Positions 1 to 11,490 are shown, counted from the stretch's first letter. The stretch: DNA of 64,000 nucleotides from Eledone cirrhosa (GCA_964016885.1 OZ024750.1:55056001-55120000); one strand, 5' to 3'. Notes: generated from the letters alone by a model not told the origin. A program made the numbers and translations.

Positions 1-1226
1 TGTTGGGGGGGACTTGACGTCAACAGGGGGAGAAGGAGGAGGAACGTCTACTGGGCTAAGTCCCAGCCGGTCCCACGTCTCACAGGCGGCCACGCGTTCT
101 CTGAACACAGAGGGTTCTGTTGTGTTTTGAAGAACCCTGCTGAGGAGGACGTGGTACGAGGTTACCGACGAAAGATATGCCGGCAAAGCTAGTGAGATCG
201 GGGACTGGAGGCGAAGGCCGCCATACCTGACAGGTAAAGTTGCATATCTCATCGGCTGCTGCTCGGATACAAGTTTAGGTGTAGCACAGAGTGTATAGAG
301 GAGCTTCGGCATGGCGTAGCAGTTCCTCAGCAGAAAGAGAACTGGGTGGCCATCAATCAAGCCCAGTCGGCTCGTGAGAGTCTGGACTTGATGGAGGAGC
401 GGATGGCCGGCGGGTGGATCGGTGAGGGCATCCTCTTTGGGGGTCACCTGAACCTGGCGGAGAATGGACCGCACGTCCAAGACGGAGACTGCAAAGCTTG
501 CAGCATCGAGGCTGACATTCACCACCTCCGACTTGGCTGAGTTGACCTGGAGGTCGATTCCCGCCAGGGCAGGAACCACCGATTGAAGGTCATGGCAGAC
601 CGCCTGTACGGGCCCACCCAAAGTAGCATCATCCAGATACCAAACGTTGAGAGGGGCTGTTATACTCCAGGCGATGTGGTCAATACCAAGGGTGAACAGG
701 AGGGGTCCCAAAGGGTTGCCCTGTTGGATCCCAGTAGCCAAGGGTATGACCGTATCAGCAGCATGGCGCATGCTTGGGGCTCCATATGACAGGTAGGCAG
801 AGGGGGCTCGGCTGAGGCAGGCCTCGAGCAGATGATCCCAGCGTAAAGAGTTGAAGGCATTCCTCATGTCAAACTTGACAATGAGGTGGCTGGAGGCCCT
901 GGATGCCGGTTCCGAGTGTTACGGACTTGCAGATTACCTTGGCAGCCAGCCTCCGGAAGACATTGCCCACAGCAATGGGGCGTATGCCATCCTCTTTCTT
1001 CCTGCGAGCGGTGAGGCTGGCCGAAAAAAAGAGGCCTCGAGCATAAGAGTCCAGGGCGCCATGGATGAGCCTATTGGTGAGCGCCACAATTGCACTCAGA
1101 AGGCGGCGCCCGGCCTCAGCGGAGAGGGGAGATATCAACTCCTTGAGGAGGCCTGGTCAGAGACCATCAACATCTCCGCAGCTGCTAGCTGGGAAGGACC
1201 TGATGGCGGACATGATGTCTGCATCA
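1..1226 (-). mobile_element. CRE-like RLE non-LTR retrotransposon remnant, copy A (cut by window edge)
   Basis: Minus-strand RT motifs GIRPIAVGNVFRRLAAK, NAFNS, GIQQGNPLGPLLF and WYLDD; same sequence as copies B-H. Confidence 0.85.
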
Positions 1227-1324
1227 GAAGCCACAAGGAGCAAGTGTGGATTACAATACAAAACCTCTGAGAATGATTTCTAAGATATTTCACCATAATT
1301 AATTTTCATCAATATATATTAATA

Positions 1325-1616
1325 TTATTATTGTTTATTAGGTCAGGTGGATTGGCCAGAACAATTCTACTCTTCTTTTTTAGATGTCACGATTTTTCAT
1401 GGCATTCCTGAGATCATTAATCTCCAGCTGGAGATCCAGAGACATCTGATGTATGTAGGTGAACCTCAGTCATCCCACTAGGGTCTTACTATGTTTAGGT
1501 ATCCACCACAGGAGCCAGCTCATCAGGTCATCCTACCCTCAGCAGCAATGTCCAGCATCTATTGATTTCCGCTCCCTAGTTATTGTGGTAATCTTCGATA
1601 TCTGGGAATATATTTC
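1325..1616 (-). mobile_element. Degraded 3' end of an RTE-group LINE with (TAA)-rich tail; present in every unit (also ~15444, 21365, 31194, 36468, 42408, 48336, 60975)
   Basis: Minus strand reads, with stops and shifts, AGHC..WIPKHSKTQVG..TYIHQM..DLRNAMKNRDI*KRRV, resembling LINE ORF2 C-termini. It is followed by taataaacaataataat. Confidence 0.55.
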
Positions 1617-1698
1617 TTCTGCTTAAGGGAGTAATAAATATATAGTTTTTAAAAAAACATATATATACACACACATATATATATGTTGTCATTTATAA

Positions 1699-1819
1699 GA
1701 GTTCTCTATCAAAAGCCTTCTCTATGTCCAAAGCTAAGTATAGTGGCTTATTTTTCTCTAAGAACCTCTTTTGTAGTTGTCTCACTAAGAAGAGGGCATC
1801 TGTTGCACTTTTCAGCGGC
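1699..1819 (-). mobile_element. Short RTE RT fragment (longer form in plain units, e.g. ~15818-15960)
   Basis: EMQFGFVPLKSATDALFLVRQLQKRFLEKNKPLYLALDIEKAFDR matches the RT of the longer RTE copies. Confidence 0.85.
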
Positions 1820-2182
1820 TTAATTAATTAATGAGGTTTAATTAATGAGGAATTTTGAGGTATTTATAACAATTATTAATTATTTCATTACTGAGATATC
1901 ATTTGAAGGACTTACTAATGTTTTTATTTATTAATTATTTTATTAGTAACTTAACATGTGGTTCTTGTATAAAATTATGTTGGAAGATTTTAGGAAGATG
2001 CTATGTAGCCGGTCGCGGTAAAATAGACGCCCAGGCTATGTAGCCGGTAAGAGTGTCAGACTCCATGTGTTGCGGCCCTTTATGGTCTGAGTTAAGACAA
2101 TTTAAAATCTTTTCCACCATCAATTGTTAAAAAACAAGTTAAAATCATTTTGTCGTCCATTTGTAACGTACGTTACACTTTA

Positions 2183-2900
2183 GTTACATACACATATACT
2201 ATGTTACATACACACATCTACTGTGTTACATACACACACATCAACTGGGTTACATACACACACATCTACTGCGTTACATACACATCTACTGTGTTACACA
2301 CACATCTACTGTGTTACATACACACACATCTACTGAGTTACATACACACACATCTACTGTGTTACATACACACACATCTTCTGTGTTACATACACACATC
2401 TATGTTACATACACACATCTACTGTGTTACATACACACACCTGTGTTACATACACACACATCTACTGAGTTACATACACACAGATCTACTGTGTTACATA
2501 CACACACATCTACTGTGTTACACACATCTTCTATGTTACATACACACAATCTACTGTGTTACATACACACAATCTACTGAGTTACATACACACACATCTA
2601 CTGAGTTACATACACACACATGTACTGTGTTACATACACACATCTACTGTGTTACATACATACACATCTACTGTGTTACATACATACACATCTACTGTTA
2701 CATACACACATCTACTGTGTTACACACACACATCTACCGTGTTACACACACACATCTACCGTGTTACACACACACATCTACTGAGTTACATACACATATA
2801 CTGAGTTACATGCAAACACACATCTACTCTGTTACATATACACATCTACTGTGTTACATACACATCTACTGTGATACACACACACACATCTACTCATACA
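2183..2900. repeat. Minisatellite, ~22-24 bp unit catctactgtgttacatacaca(ca)
   Basis: Directly visible tandem repeat; it explains the HTHLLCY-type ORFs. Confidence 0.95.
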
Positions 2901-3721
2901 TATTCATAAATAGACACACATTATACAAATAATTATTACATACACACACATCTCTGTAATAATTCAGGAAGGAAGGGGCTGGTGAAACGCTATAGCAATG
3001 TGTGTGTGTTGTGTACCTTTCAGGTTTACCGGTTTCGTAGCCTATTTGAAGATTTTATTATAATTATGAACCTTATAATTCAATTAATTATGAATAATTT
3101 TGAGCTATTTATCACAATTGTTAGTTAATTACTAACATAGTAACTTACCATATGGTTGTTAATATAGAATTTTGTTGGAAGACTTTAATTTAGATAGGAA
3201 CCATTTCCATAGTACGAGAACTAATTTTGGCTGGGTTTCTACCAAAAGGGTTAATGAAGAATTTTGAACAATTTACTAAAATTATTAATTATTTCATTAC
3301 TAAGATAATGTGTGAATACACAATTATATGTGTGTATATATATATAAACAGTATATATATATATAGTATATATATATATAAACAGTATATATATATATAG
3401 TATATATATATATAAACAGTATATATATAGTATACAAAAGATGTAGTGGGATAGTGTGTAGTCTTAAGACAAGTCTGTCCAGATAGCTGCGCTGTAACTT
3501 ACACTTATTGGGACTGTGTGTTGGCAAGCAGGCCTGTATTTTGGGATCTAGCTGGTCCATTATGAGGGAGGTCTGGTTAGTTGGCAGCACCATGCCTTAC
3601 TTGTGGTATATGTATGTATAGAAATAAGTTATTGTATATGCACAACTGTCCATCTATATGTATACATGTATGTTTACTTATATCTTTGCATACATATATA
3701 CATTTTCAGATGTATACACGT

Positions 3722-5642
3722 AATGGTCACCCGGATAGTAAACCAAGTCATACAGAATGGGGTTGTTCTGAAGGACTGGCGTAGCAGCATCATCATTAAC
3801 TGTTACAAGGGTAAAGGAGATGCCCTAGATAGGAGTAACTATAGAGGCATTAAATTAATCGACCAGGTCATGAAGGTCACGGAAAAAGTAATAGCGCAAC
3901 TAATCAGAGAGAGAATTGATCTAGATGAAATGCAGTTCGGGTTTGTGTCAGGTAAAAGTACCACAGACGCTCTTTTCATTGTACGACAACTACAGGAGAA
4001 GTACCTAGTTAAAAGTAAACCCCTATACTTAGCTTTTGTTGACTTGGAGAAAGCCTTCGACAGAGTACCCCGTTCCATTATCTGGTGGGCTCTTAGAAAA
4101 CTAGGTGTTGAGGAATGGCTTGTGAGAGCTATACGAGCCATGTATAAAGAAACAGTCAGCAAGGTTAGAATTAACAACGAATATAGTGAAGAGTTTAGCG
4201 TAAAAGTTGGTGTTCATCAGGGCTCCGTCCTTAGCCCCCTACTATTTATTATTGCCCTTCAGGCTATAACAGTGGAGTTCAAGACCGGCTGCCCATGGGA
4301 ACTCCTATACGCAGATGATCTAACGCTCATAGCTGAATCAATGGCCGAGCTAGAGAAGAAATTCCAAACATGGAAGCAAGGCCTAGAATCAGAAGGCCTT
4401 AAAATTAACCTGGCTAAGACTAAAGTTCTAGTTTGTAGGAAAGAAAATAAGGCGCCGGTCCCTTCCGGGAAATGGCCATGCTCAGTGTGTAGGAAAGGCG
4501 TAGGTAGAAACTCCATTTTATGTCCCAAATGCAAAGTATGGGTTCATAAAAGATGTAGTGGGATCACAGGTAAGCTAACTAAGAACATAGATTTTACATG
4601 TGGCCGGTGCTCTGGTGCAATAAGTAGCAGCAAGTGCCCACAAAATACTAGCTCTTTCAATTGCGCAGAGGGTTCTATAGAAATAGTGGACAGCTTCCGT
4701 TACCTGGGTGACAAAATCAGCAGTGGGGGAGGGTGCTCTGAAAGTACAGTAGCTAGAGTCAGAACTGGATGGAAAAAGTTCAGAGAGCTTATACCACTAT
4801 TAGCCGCTAAAGGGTTCTCCCTAAAAATGAAAGGCAGGTTGTATGATGCCTGCATATGAACAGCAATGTTGCATGGCAGTGAGACCTGGGCATTGTGTGC
4901 AGAGGATATACGCAGACTAGAGAGGAACGAAGCTTGCATGCTTCGCTGGATGTGTAATAGTAATATATGTGAACGGCAAAGCATAAACGAACTAAGGGAA
5001 AAATTAGAAATAAGAGGGATCAGATGTTGTGTACTCGAGAGAAGACTACGTTGGTATGGTCCACGTGATGCGGATGAAAGACGACAGCTGTATAAAAAAA
5101 ATGCAGGGCAATAAAGATAGACGGTAGCCACGGAGTAGGCAGACCCAGAAAAACCTGGGACGACTTGATAAATTCCGACCTCACACACTTACACCTCTCC
5201 AAGACAATGTCACTGGACCGAGATCTTTGGCGGTACTCAGTAATAGAGAAGACCCGCCTTACCTAGATACAAAGTAAAACCTACTACAGTCAGTAGGCAC
5301 CTCTAACAAAATACACCCCCACCCCATCCACACCGCCCCTTTCAATGTAAAGTTATGTTGGTGCCACAACATCCAGGCCGAAACAAATGAGGTCGTGTAG
5401 GTGTCACGACAAAAAAAAAAAACACAGTCCACGCAGTAATGTGGCCGTGTAGGTAACACGGTAAAAACCTCTCAGTCCCACACTGTAAATGCGGTTGGTG
5501 TTAGGAAGGGCATCCAGCTGTAGAAAACCCGCCAGACAGTCCTATGCGAGCAAGACAACCACTCTTGCCTCAAGTGGGAAAATTCCCGTCCAAACCCATG
5601 CAAGCGTGGAATATGGACGTTAAACGATGATGATGATGATGA

Positions 5643-5646
<4 letters not shown>
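3722..5646 (+). mobile_element. 5'-truncated RTE LINE (RT + PHD-like finger, premature stop at 4857, 3' UTR, (GAT)n tail)
   Basis: YRGIKL, QFGF, FVDLEKAFD, GVHQGSVLSP, LYADD and FRYLG motifs; ends gcaagcgtggaatatggacgttaaac(gat)n. Confidence 0.93.
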
Positions 5647-5680
<34 letters not shown>

Positions 5681-5734
5681 CTTTGACATTTCTTAGAAAA
5701 AAAATGAAAAAGTTTTGTGAGAACCCCAATGTTT

Positions 5735-7700
5735 ATTTATTTTATTTTATTTTTAAATAAAATTAATAACATTAATTTTATTTTGAAATTAGGTTTATAA
5801 ATATTAATTATCAGCAGACCTTTGTAGCAGTCTTGGCGGCTTAGTGGGAAGTACCAGAGATGGTGAGGTCCTTGTCTGTAGGTTCAATCCTGGTCTGGGA
5901 GTTCAATCATTGCTGTAATGTGTCCTGTTAATCTTTTTTTAAATTTTCCTCAGAAAAAACTGAAAATCTTTGGTGAGAACCCCAATGTCTATTTATCTAA
6001 TATAATTTAATTTATTTTATTTTACTTTAGTTAAATTGTCAAAACCACTGGTGATCTAAAGTTAGAGGAGACAGATAAAATAGACATATTGTCTCCTCAA
6101 CCTTTAGATCTTCAGTGTTTTCGACAATTTAACTAAAATAAAAAATTAAATTCAATATAATTAAATAAATAGGGGTTCTCTTTTTCAAAGAGATCATCAT
6201 CATCATCATCATCATCATTTTACGTCCGCTTTTCCCTGCTTGCAAGGGTGGGACGGGTCTTATTCAGCACAGCATCTCTCCACTCGTCACGGTCCCTCGT
6301 CATCTCCACCGTGAGCTTCAATGATCTGAGGTCTGTTCTCACCACCTCCGCCCATGTTGTTCGTGGTCTACCTCTACCACGTCTTCCTTCAACTGGCATT
6401 TCCTGGCACTTCTTCACCCATCGGTCATCCTCCATGCGCATCACATGTCCATACCACCTCAGTCTCCTCTCCCGTACACTACATTCTATCCCTCTCAGAC
6501 ACAGTTTCTCTCTCAACACATTTATGCTGGGTCGTTCACGCACATTTACACTGCACATCCAACGGAGCATGCTTGCCTCATTTCTCTCCAGCCGTCGCAT
6601 ATCTTCTGCGGTAGCTGCCCATGTCTCACTACCATGCAGCATCGCGCTCCTCACACAGGCATCATACAACCGGCCTTTCGTACGCAGGGAGAAACCCTTC
6701 TTCGTCAACAGAGGAAGCAGCTCCCTAAACTTCTTCCAACCCGTCCTTATTCTAGATACTATGGCCTCGGAACACCCTCCTCCCATGCTAATCTGATCTC
6801 CTAGGTACCGGAAGCTATCCACCACTTCTATAGCGCCCTCTCGCATTTGAAAAATGTGTCTATCAGTGCGACTTCTACTGTCTAATTTCCCTGTACATCT
6901 ACTGCATACATATTTCTCCCTACCTGTTAGTTTGCCTGCTATCCCGCTACATCTCTTGTGTACCCAGGACCTACATTGTGTGCATTTTATAGAATTTATG
7001 CCAGTTCCTTTTCTGCATATCGAACATGGCCATTTCCCTGACGGAATCAGGGTTTTGTCCTCTTTTCTACTCATCAACACTTTTGTCTTAGCTAGATTTA
7101 CTCTCAGTCCTCTTGCTTCCAACTGCTGTTTCCATAGCCGGAATTTATTCTCTAGCTCCTCTACTGATTCTGCCATAAGAGCCAGATCGTCAGCATAGAG
7201 AAGTTCCCATGGACAGCCAGTCTTAAACTCCTCTGTTATGGCTTGGAGGACTATAATGAACAAGAGCGGGCTGAGGACCGAACCCTGATGTACTCCTACT
7301 TGTATCTGGAATTCCTCACTAAACTCCATTCCTACCCTGACTTTACTGAGAGTACCTCTGTACAAAGTTTGCACTGTCCTTACAAGCCATTCCTCAACAC
7401 CCAGCTTCCTTAGGGACCACCAGATGACAGATCGGGGTACCCTATCAAAGGCCTTCTCTAGGTCAACAAAGGCTAAGATATAGAAAGAAAATTATAAAAG
7501 ATTAACATGACACCTTACATGTATCTCATGGACCAGGATTGAACCTGAGTCCCCAATTCAACCCTCAGACCAGGATTGAACACCCAGAACAGGATCTCAC
7601 CATCTCTGGTACTTCCCACTAAGCTACCGAGACTGATACAAAGATGTACTGAAATTTAATATTTATAAACCTACTTTCAAAATAAAATTAAAAATAAAAT
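5735..7700. repeat. Foldback (long inverted repeat) centred at ~6074-6089, right arm interrupted by an RTE insertion
   Basis: ttagttaaattgtcaaaaccactg..gaggagaca pairs with tgtctcctc..cagtgttttcgacaatttaactaa. The outer gcttagtgggaagtaccagagatggtgag is inverted at ~7596-7624. Confidence 0.85.
6193..7477 (-). mobile_element. Young 5'-truncated RTE LINE insertion (family 'b'; ORF open to the tail)
   Basis: 384-aa ORF 6220-7374 with GVHQGSVLSP and LYADD; (ATC)n tail at 6193-6218. Absent from the duplicate locus (empty site 26260/26261). Confidence 0.95.
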
Positions 7701-7715
7701 ATATATATATATATA

Positions 7716-8082
7716 TTCCTTTGACATTTCTTAGAAAAAAGAACTGAAAAAGTTTTGTGAGAACGACAATGTCTATTTATTTTATTTTATTTTTAATTAA
7801 ATTAGTTATATTTTGAAAGTAGGTTTATAAATATTAATTTTCAATAGACCTTTGTAGCAGTCTTGGTGGCTTAGTGGGAAGTACCAGAGATGGTGAGATC
7901 CTTGTCTGTAAGTTCAATTCTTGCTTGGAGACATGTCTAATGTCTCCTATTAATCTTTTTTTAATTTTCCTTTTACATCTCTTAGAAATAACTGAAAATC
8001 TTTGGTGAGAACCCCAATGTCTATTTATCTAATATAATTAATTTAATTTAATTTAATTTAATTTTTATTTTAGTGAAACCAC
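7716..8082. repeat. Second, truncated copy of the foldback left arm
   Basis: Direct diverged repeat of ~5678-6048, ending at aaaccac just short of the hairpin centre. Confidence 0.8.
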
Positions 8083-8425
8083 TGTTGTATTCAAGAGACC
8101 AGGTGGAGGGGTGGGTCTGCTAGATTCATCGTGGGTAAAGAACGGTGCTATGAACTTTTCTGGGTGGGAAATGACAATGGGCTGGGTATACACATACCAC
8201 CCCACCACCCCACCGTAAAGTGGTCGTGGAGGCGCCACGGCAAAAAAGCACCCAGCCCGCTCTGTAAAGCTGACGTGGAGGTGCCACGGAAAAAAAAAAA
8301 GCACCCAGCACTCACTGCAAACTGGGTTGGCGTCAGGAAGGGCACCCAGCTGTAGAAACCAATCCAGAATCAGCTCCCACCCCACCCTTGCAAGCATGGA
8401 AAAGCGGACGTATGATGAAGTTGAT
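8083..8425 (+). mobile_element. Bipartite non-autonomous RTE, 5' part lost at the foreign-block junction
   Basis: [30 protein letters not shown] fused to RTE 3' UTR and tail. Confidence 0.8.
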
Positions 8426-8460
8426 ATATATATATATATATATTAGTATATATATACACA

Positions 8461-11133
8461 TCAGCTTACGCACCCCAATCGGGGCTGCCAGACGAACTTA
8501 AGGATAGGTTTTACGAGTCCCTAATACACACTACTGCTCTAACAGACGACAAGGACTTCCTAATCATTGCAGGAGATTTTAACGGACACGTAGGTAAACA
8601 CTGCGACGGCTTCAATAGAGTACATGGAGGCCATGGAGTTGGCACAAGGAATGAGGAAGGATTCAGACTTCTAGAATTCTGCGACGCCAATGACATGTCG
8701 ATATGTAACACAAACTTTAAAAAACCCGACAACCACCTGATCACCTATAGATCAGGGGAGCACTCTAGTCAGTTAGATTTTATTCTCATCAGAGGACGTG
8801 ACAGATGGACGGTCGTAAACACAAAAGCCTTCCCTAGTGAGGAATGTACATCCCAACATAGCTTAGTTGTCAGCGACCTCACGGTCAGAACTAGACGAGC
8901 CCTGAAACAGAGGCCAACCTGGAGAAGAAAGATCTGGAAGCTGAAAGTCCCCTCAACCAGTAACAGATTTAAAGATATTTTACTCAACGCCTACGACAGT
9001 AAAGAAGAACAGATAGAGACATTTAACGTAGAAGAGAACTGGGAGTTCCTAAAAAATAACTTACTAGAGGCGACGGATGAGGTTTGTGGCTGGAGTAAGA
9101 CCTCAAGCAGGAGGAGAGTGACTTGGTGGTGGAACAATAAGGTAGATGAAGCAGTCAAGGCCAAGAGACAGGCATGGAAAGAATGGAAGAACGGGGGGAG
9201 CAGGGTACATTACATAGAGACCAAGAGGGAAGCTAGGCGACAAGTATACTTAGCTAGGAGGGAAGCAGAGGATAGAAAATTCAAGCATGTTTTACAACGT
9301 GAGGACCAGAAACAGGAGGTATTCAAGATTGCGAGGCAGTGTGTCAGAGATAGTTGTGATGTCATTGGAGAGAAGTGTATCCGGAATGATAAAGGTGAGC
9401 TTGCCCTCACAAGTGCTGAGAAGAAAGATGCATGGAAGAGTCATTATGATAGATTACTAAATGAGGAGAATGCATGGGAAGAAGAGACCCTACCCCACGT
9501 AGACCCTATAGAGGGACCAGCAGTACAAGTCAGCGGCAGCGTAGTAAGTAAGGCAATCAGAGATATGAAGATAGGGAAGGCAACCGGTCCATCGGGTATA
9601 GCTGCCGAGATGCTGAAGGCATCTGGGTCTGTAGGTCACACTATAACCACACGTATCGTTAACCAGGTAATACTAGAGGGGGCCATACCAAAAGATTGGT
9701 GCAGTAGCATCATTGTCAACTGCTACAAAGGTAAAGGCGATGCACTAGATAGAGGAAACTATAGAGGTATAAAGTTGATGGACCAGGTCATGAAAGTAAC
9801 AGAAAGAGTTATAGCACAGCTGATTAGGGACCGGGTGAATATAGACGAGATGCAATTTGGGTTTGTTCCAGGGAAAGGCACCACTGATGCGCTCTTCCTT
9901 GTGAGGCAATTACAGGAAAAGTACCTAGCTAAAAGTAAGCCACTCTACTTGGCATTTGTCGACCTTGAGAAAGCCTTTGACAGAGTTCCACGTGCAGTAA
10001 TCTGGTGGGCTCTTAGAAAACTAGGAGTAGATGAATGGCTTGTGAAAGCGGTACAAGCCATGTATAGGGGAGCAGTCAGCAAAGTTAGGATTGGCAATGA
10101 GTATAGCGAGGAATTTAGCGTACAGGTTGGGGTCCACCAGGGCTCTGTTCTTAGCCCTCTCCTGTTCATCATAGTCCTGCAGGCAATAACGGAGGAGTTT
10201 AAGACCGGATGCCCATGGGAACTCCTGTATGCTGATGACCTCGCACTCATAGCTGAATCTATGGTAGAACTAGAGAATAAATTCCAAACCTGGAAGCAGG
10301 GACTAGAGAGAAAGGGCCTCAAAGTCAACATGACAAAGACTAAGGTCCTTATAAGTAGACGAGAAAACAGAACCCAGATCCCCTCAGGGAAATGGCCTTG
10401 CTCAGTATGTAGGAAAGGTGTAGGTAGGAACTCCATTCTTTGCCCCAAATGCAAACAATGGGTACACAAGAGATGTAGCGGGATCTCAGGAAGCTTAATT
10501 AAGAATGTAGGATTCACATGCAGCAGCTGTGCTGAAACAGCAAGCAAACAGCCACAGGAAACAAGTACCACCAATCTCTGGGAGGGCCCTGTAGAAACAG
10601 TAGACAGCTTCTGCTACCTAGGTGACCGAATTAGCAACGGAGGTGGGTGCTCAGAAAGTACAATAACTAGGGTAAGAACGGGATGGAAGAAGTTTAGGGA
10701 ACTACTACCACTGCTAGCTGCAAAAGGCTTCTCCCTCAGAATGAAAGGCAGACTGTATGATGCGTGTATCCGAACAGCGATGTTGCATGGTAGTGAGACC
10801 TGGGCGCTGAAGGTGGAAGACTTACGTAGATTAGAGAGAAACGAAGCCTGCATGCTCCGATGGATGTGTAACAGTAATATACGTGAACGACAAAGCATAA
10901 ATGAATTGAGAGAGAGACTGAGCATAAGAGGAATCAAATGCTGCGTGCAGGAGAGGCGGTTACGCTGGTATGGACATGTGATGCGTATGAAGGATGACAG
11001 CTGCATAAAAAGGTGCAGAGCACTAGAAGTTGATGGAAACCGCGGAGTGGGGAGACCCAAGATGACTTGGGATGAGGTGATAAAAGCCGACCTTACCCAA
11101 CTACACCTCTCAAAGTCAATGACACGACCGTGA
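8461..11133 (+). CDS. RTE ORF2: partial APE endonuclease + reverse transcriptase with inserted PHD-type finger (frame open from 8461; first ATG 8695)
   Basis: The 812-aa ORF plus 78 in-frame upstream codons. Motifs GDFNGH, LDFIL, SQHSLV, QFGF, DLEKAFD, QGSVLSP, YADD, YLG and RLRWYGHV. Confidence 0.9.
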   Translation, partial: SAYAPQSGLPDELKDRFYESLIHTTALTDDKDFLIIAGDFNGHVGKHCDGFNRVHGGHGVGTRNEEGFRLLEFCDANDMSICNTNFKKPDNHLITYRSGEHSSQLDFILIRGRDRWTVVNTKAFPSEECTSQHSLVVSDLTVRTRRALKQRPTWRRKIWKLKVPSTSNRFKDILLNAYDSKEEQIETFNVEENWEFLKNNLLEATDEVCGWSKTSSRRRVTWWWNNKVDEAVKAKRQAWKEWKNGGSRVHYIETKREARRQVYLARREAEDRKFKHVLQREDQKQEVFKIARQCVRDSCDVIGEKCIRNDKGELALTSAEKKDAWKSHYDRLLNEENAWEEETLPHVDPIEGPAVQVSGSVVSKAIRDMKIGKATGPSGIAAEMLKASGSVGHTITTRIVNQVILEGAIPKDWCSSIIVNCYKGKGDALDRGNYRGIKLMDQVMKVTERVIAQLIRDRVNIDEMQFGFVPGKGTTDALFLVRQLQEKYLAKSKPLYLAFVDLEKAFDRVPRAVIWWALRKLGVDEWLVKAVQAMYRGAVSKVRIGNEYSEEFSVQVGVHQGSVLSPLLFIIVLQAITEEFKTGCPWELLYADDLALIAESMVELENKFQTWKQGLERKGLKVNMTKTKVLISRRENRTQIPSGKWPCSVCRKGVGRNSILCPKCKQWVHKRCSGISGSLIKNVGFTCSSCAETASKQPQETSTTNLWEGPVETVDSFCYLGDRISNGGGCSESTITRVRTGWKKFRELLPLLAAKGFSLRMKGRLYDACIRTAMLHGSETWALKVEDLRRLERNEACMLRWMCNSNIRERQSINELRERLSIRGIKCCVQERRLRWYGHVMRMKDDSCIKRCRALEVDGNRGVGRPKMTWDEVIKADLTQLHLSKSMTRP

Positions 11134-11490
11134 CTTCTGGCGTCACGCAGTAATACAGGGTACCCGACCTCCCATGGGTACATGCTGAAGCATATAAACA
11201 ATATGCCCCCCCCCCCCCACCGCAAGGTGGTCGTGGAGGTGCCACGGCAAAAAAGCACCCAGCCCACACTGTAAAGTGGACGTGTAGGCGCCACGAAAAA
11301 GCACCCAGCACTCACTGTAAATGAGGTTGGTGTTAGGAAGGGCATCCAGCTGTAGAAATCAAGCCAGATCAGTTCCTGTATGAGCAAGGCATGGTCAGCC
11401 GACCAGACACTGCCCACAACAGGACAACCCGTCTAACCCATGCTAGCGTGGAAGAACGGACGTAAAACGGTGATGATGATGATGATGATG
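8461..11490 (+). mobile_element. Young 5'-truncated RTE LINE insertion (family 'a'), ~3.03 kb
   Basis: Begins mid-endonuclease (SAYAPQ..GDFNGHVG) and ends in a (GAT)n tail. Flanked by acat/acat; empty site at ~27240. Confidence 0.95.

Noticed and set aside
2150-2932. 260-aa His/Thr/Tyr/Cys-rich ORF (and 22190-22996)
   Set aside because: It is a translation of a minisatellite, open in several frames, with no domain structure.
3603-3721. Hydrophobic N-terminus of the 418-aa ORF as a signal or TM fusion to RT
   Set aside because: It is degenerate microsatellite upstream of the 5' truncation point.
11221-11330. Spaced repeats with hairpins resembling a CRISPR array
   Set aside because: These are ~50-bp tandem units of the RTE 3' UTR, with no unique spacers, no cas genes and a eukaryotic context.
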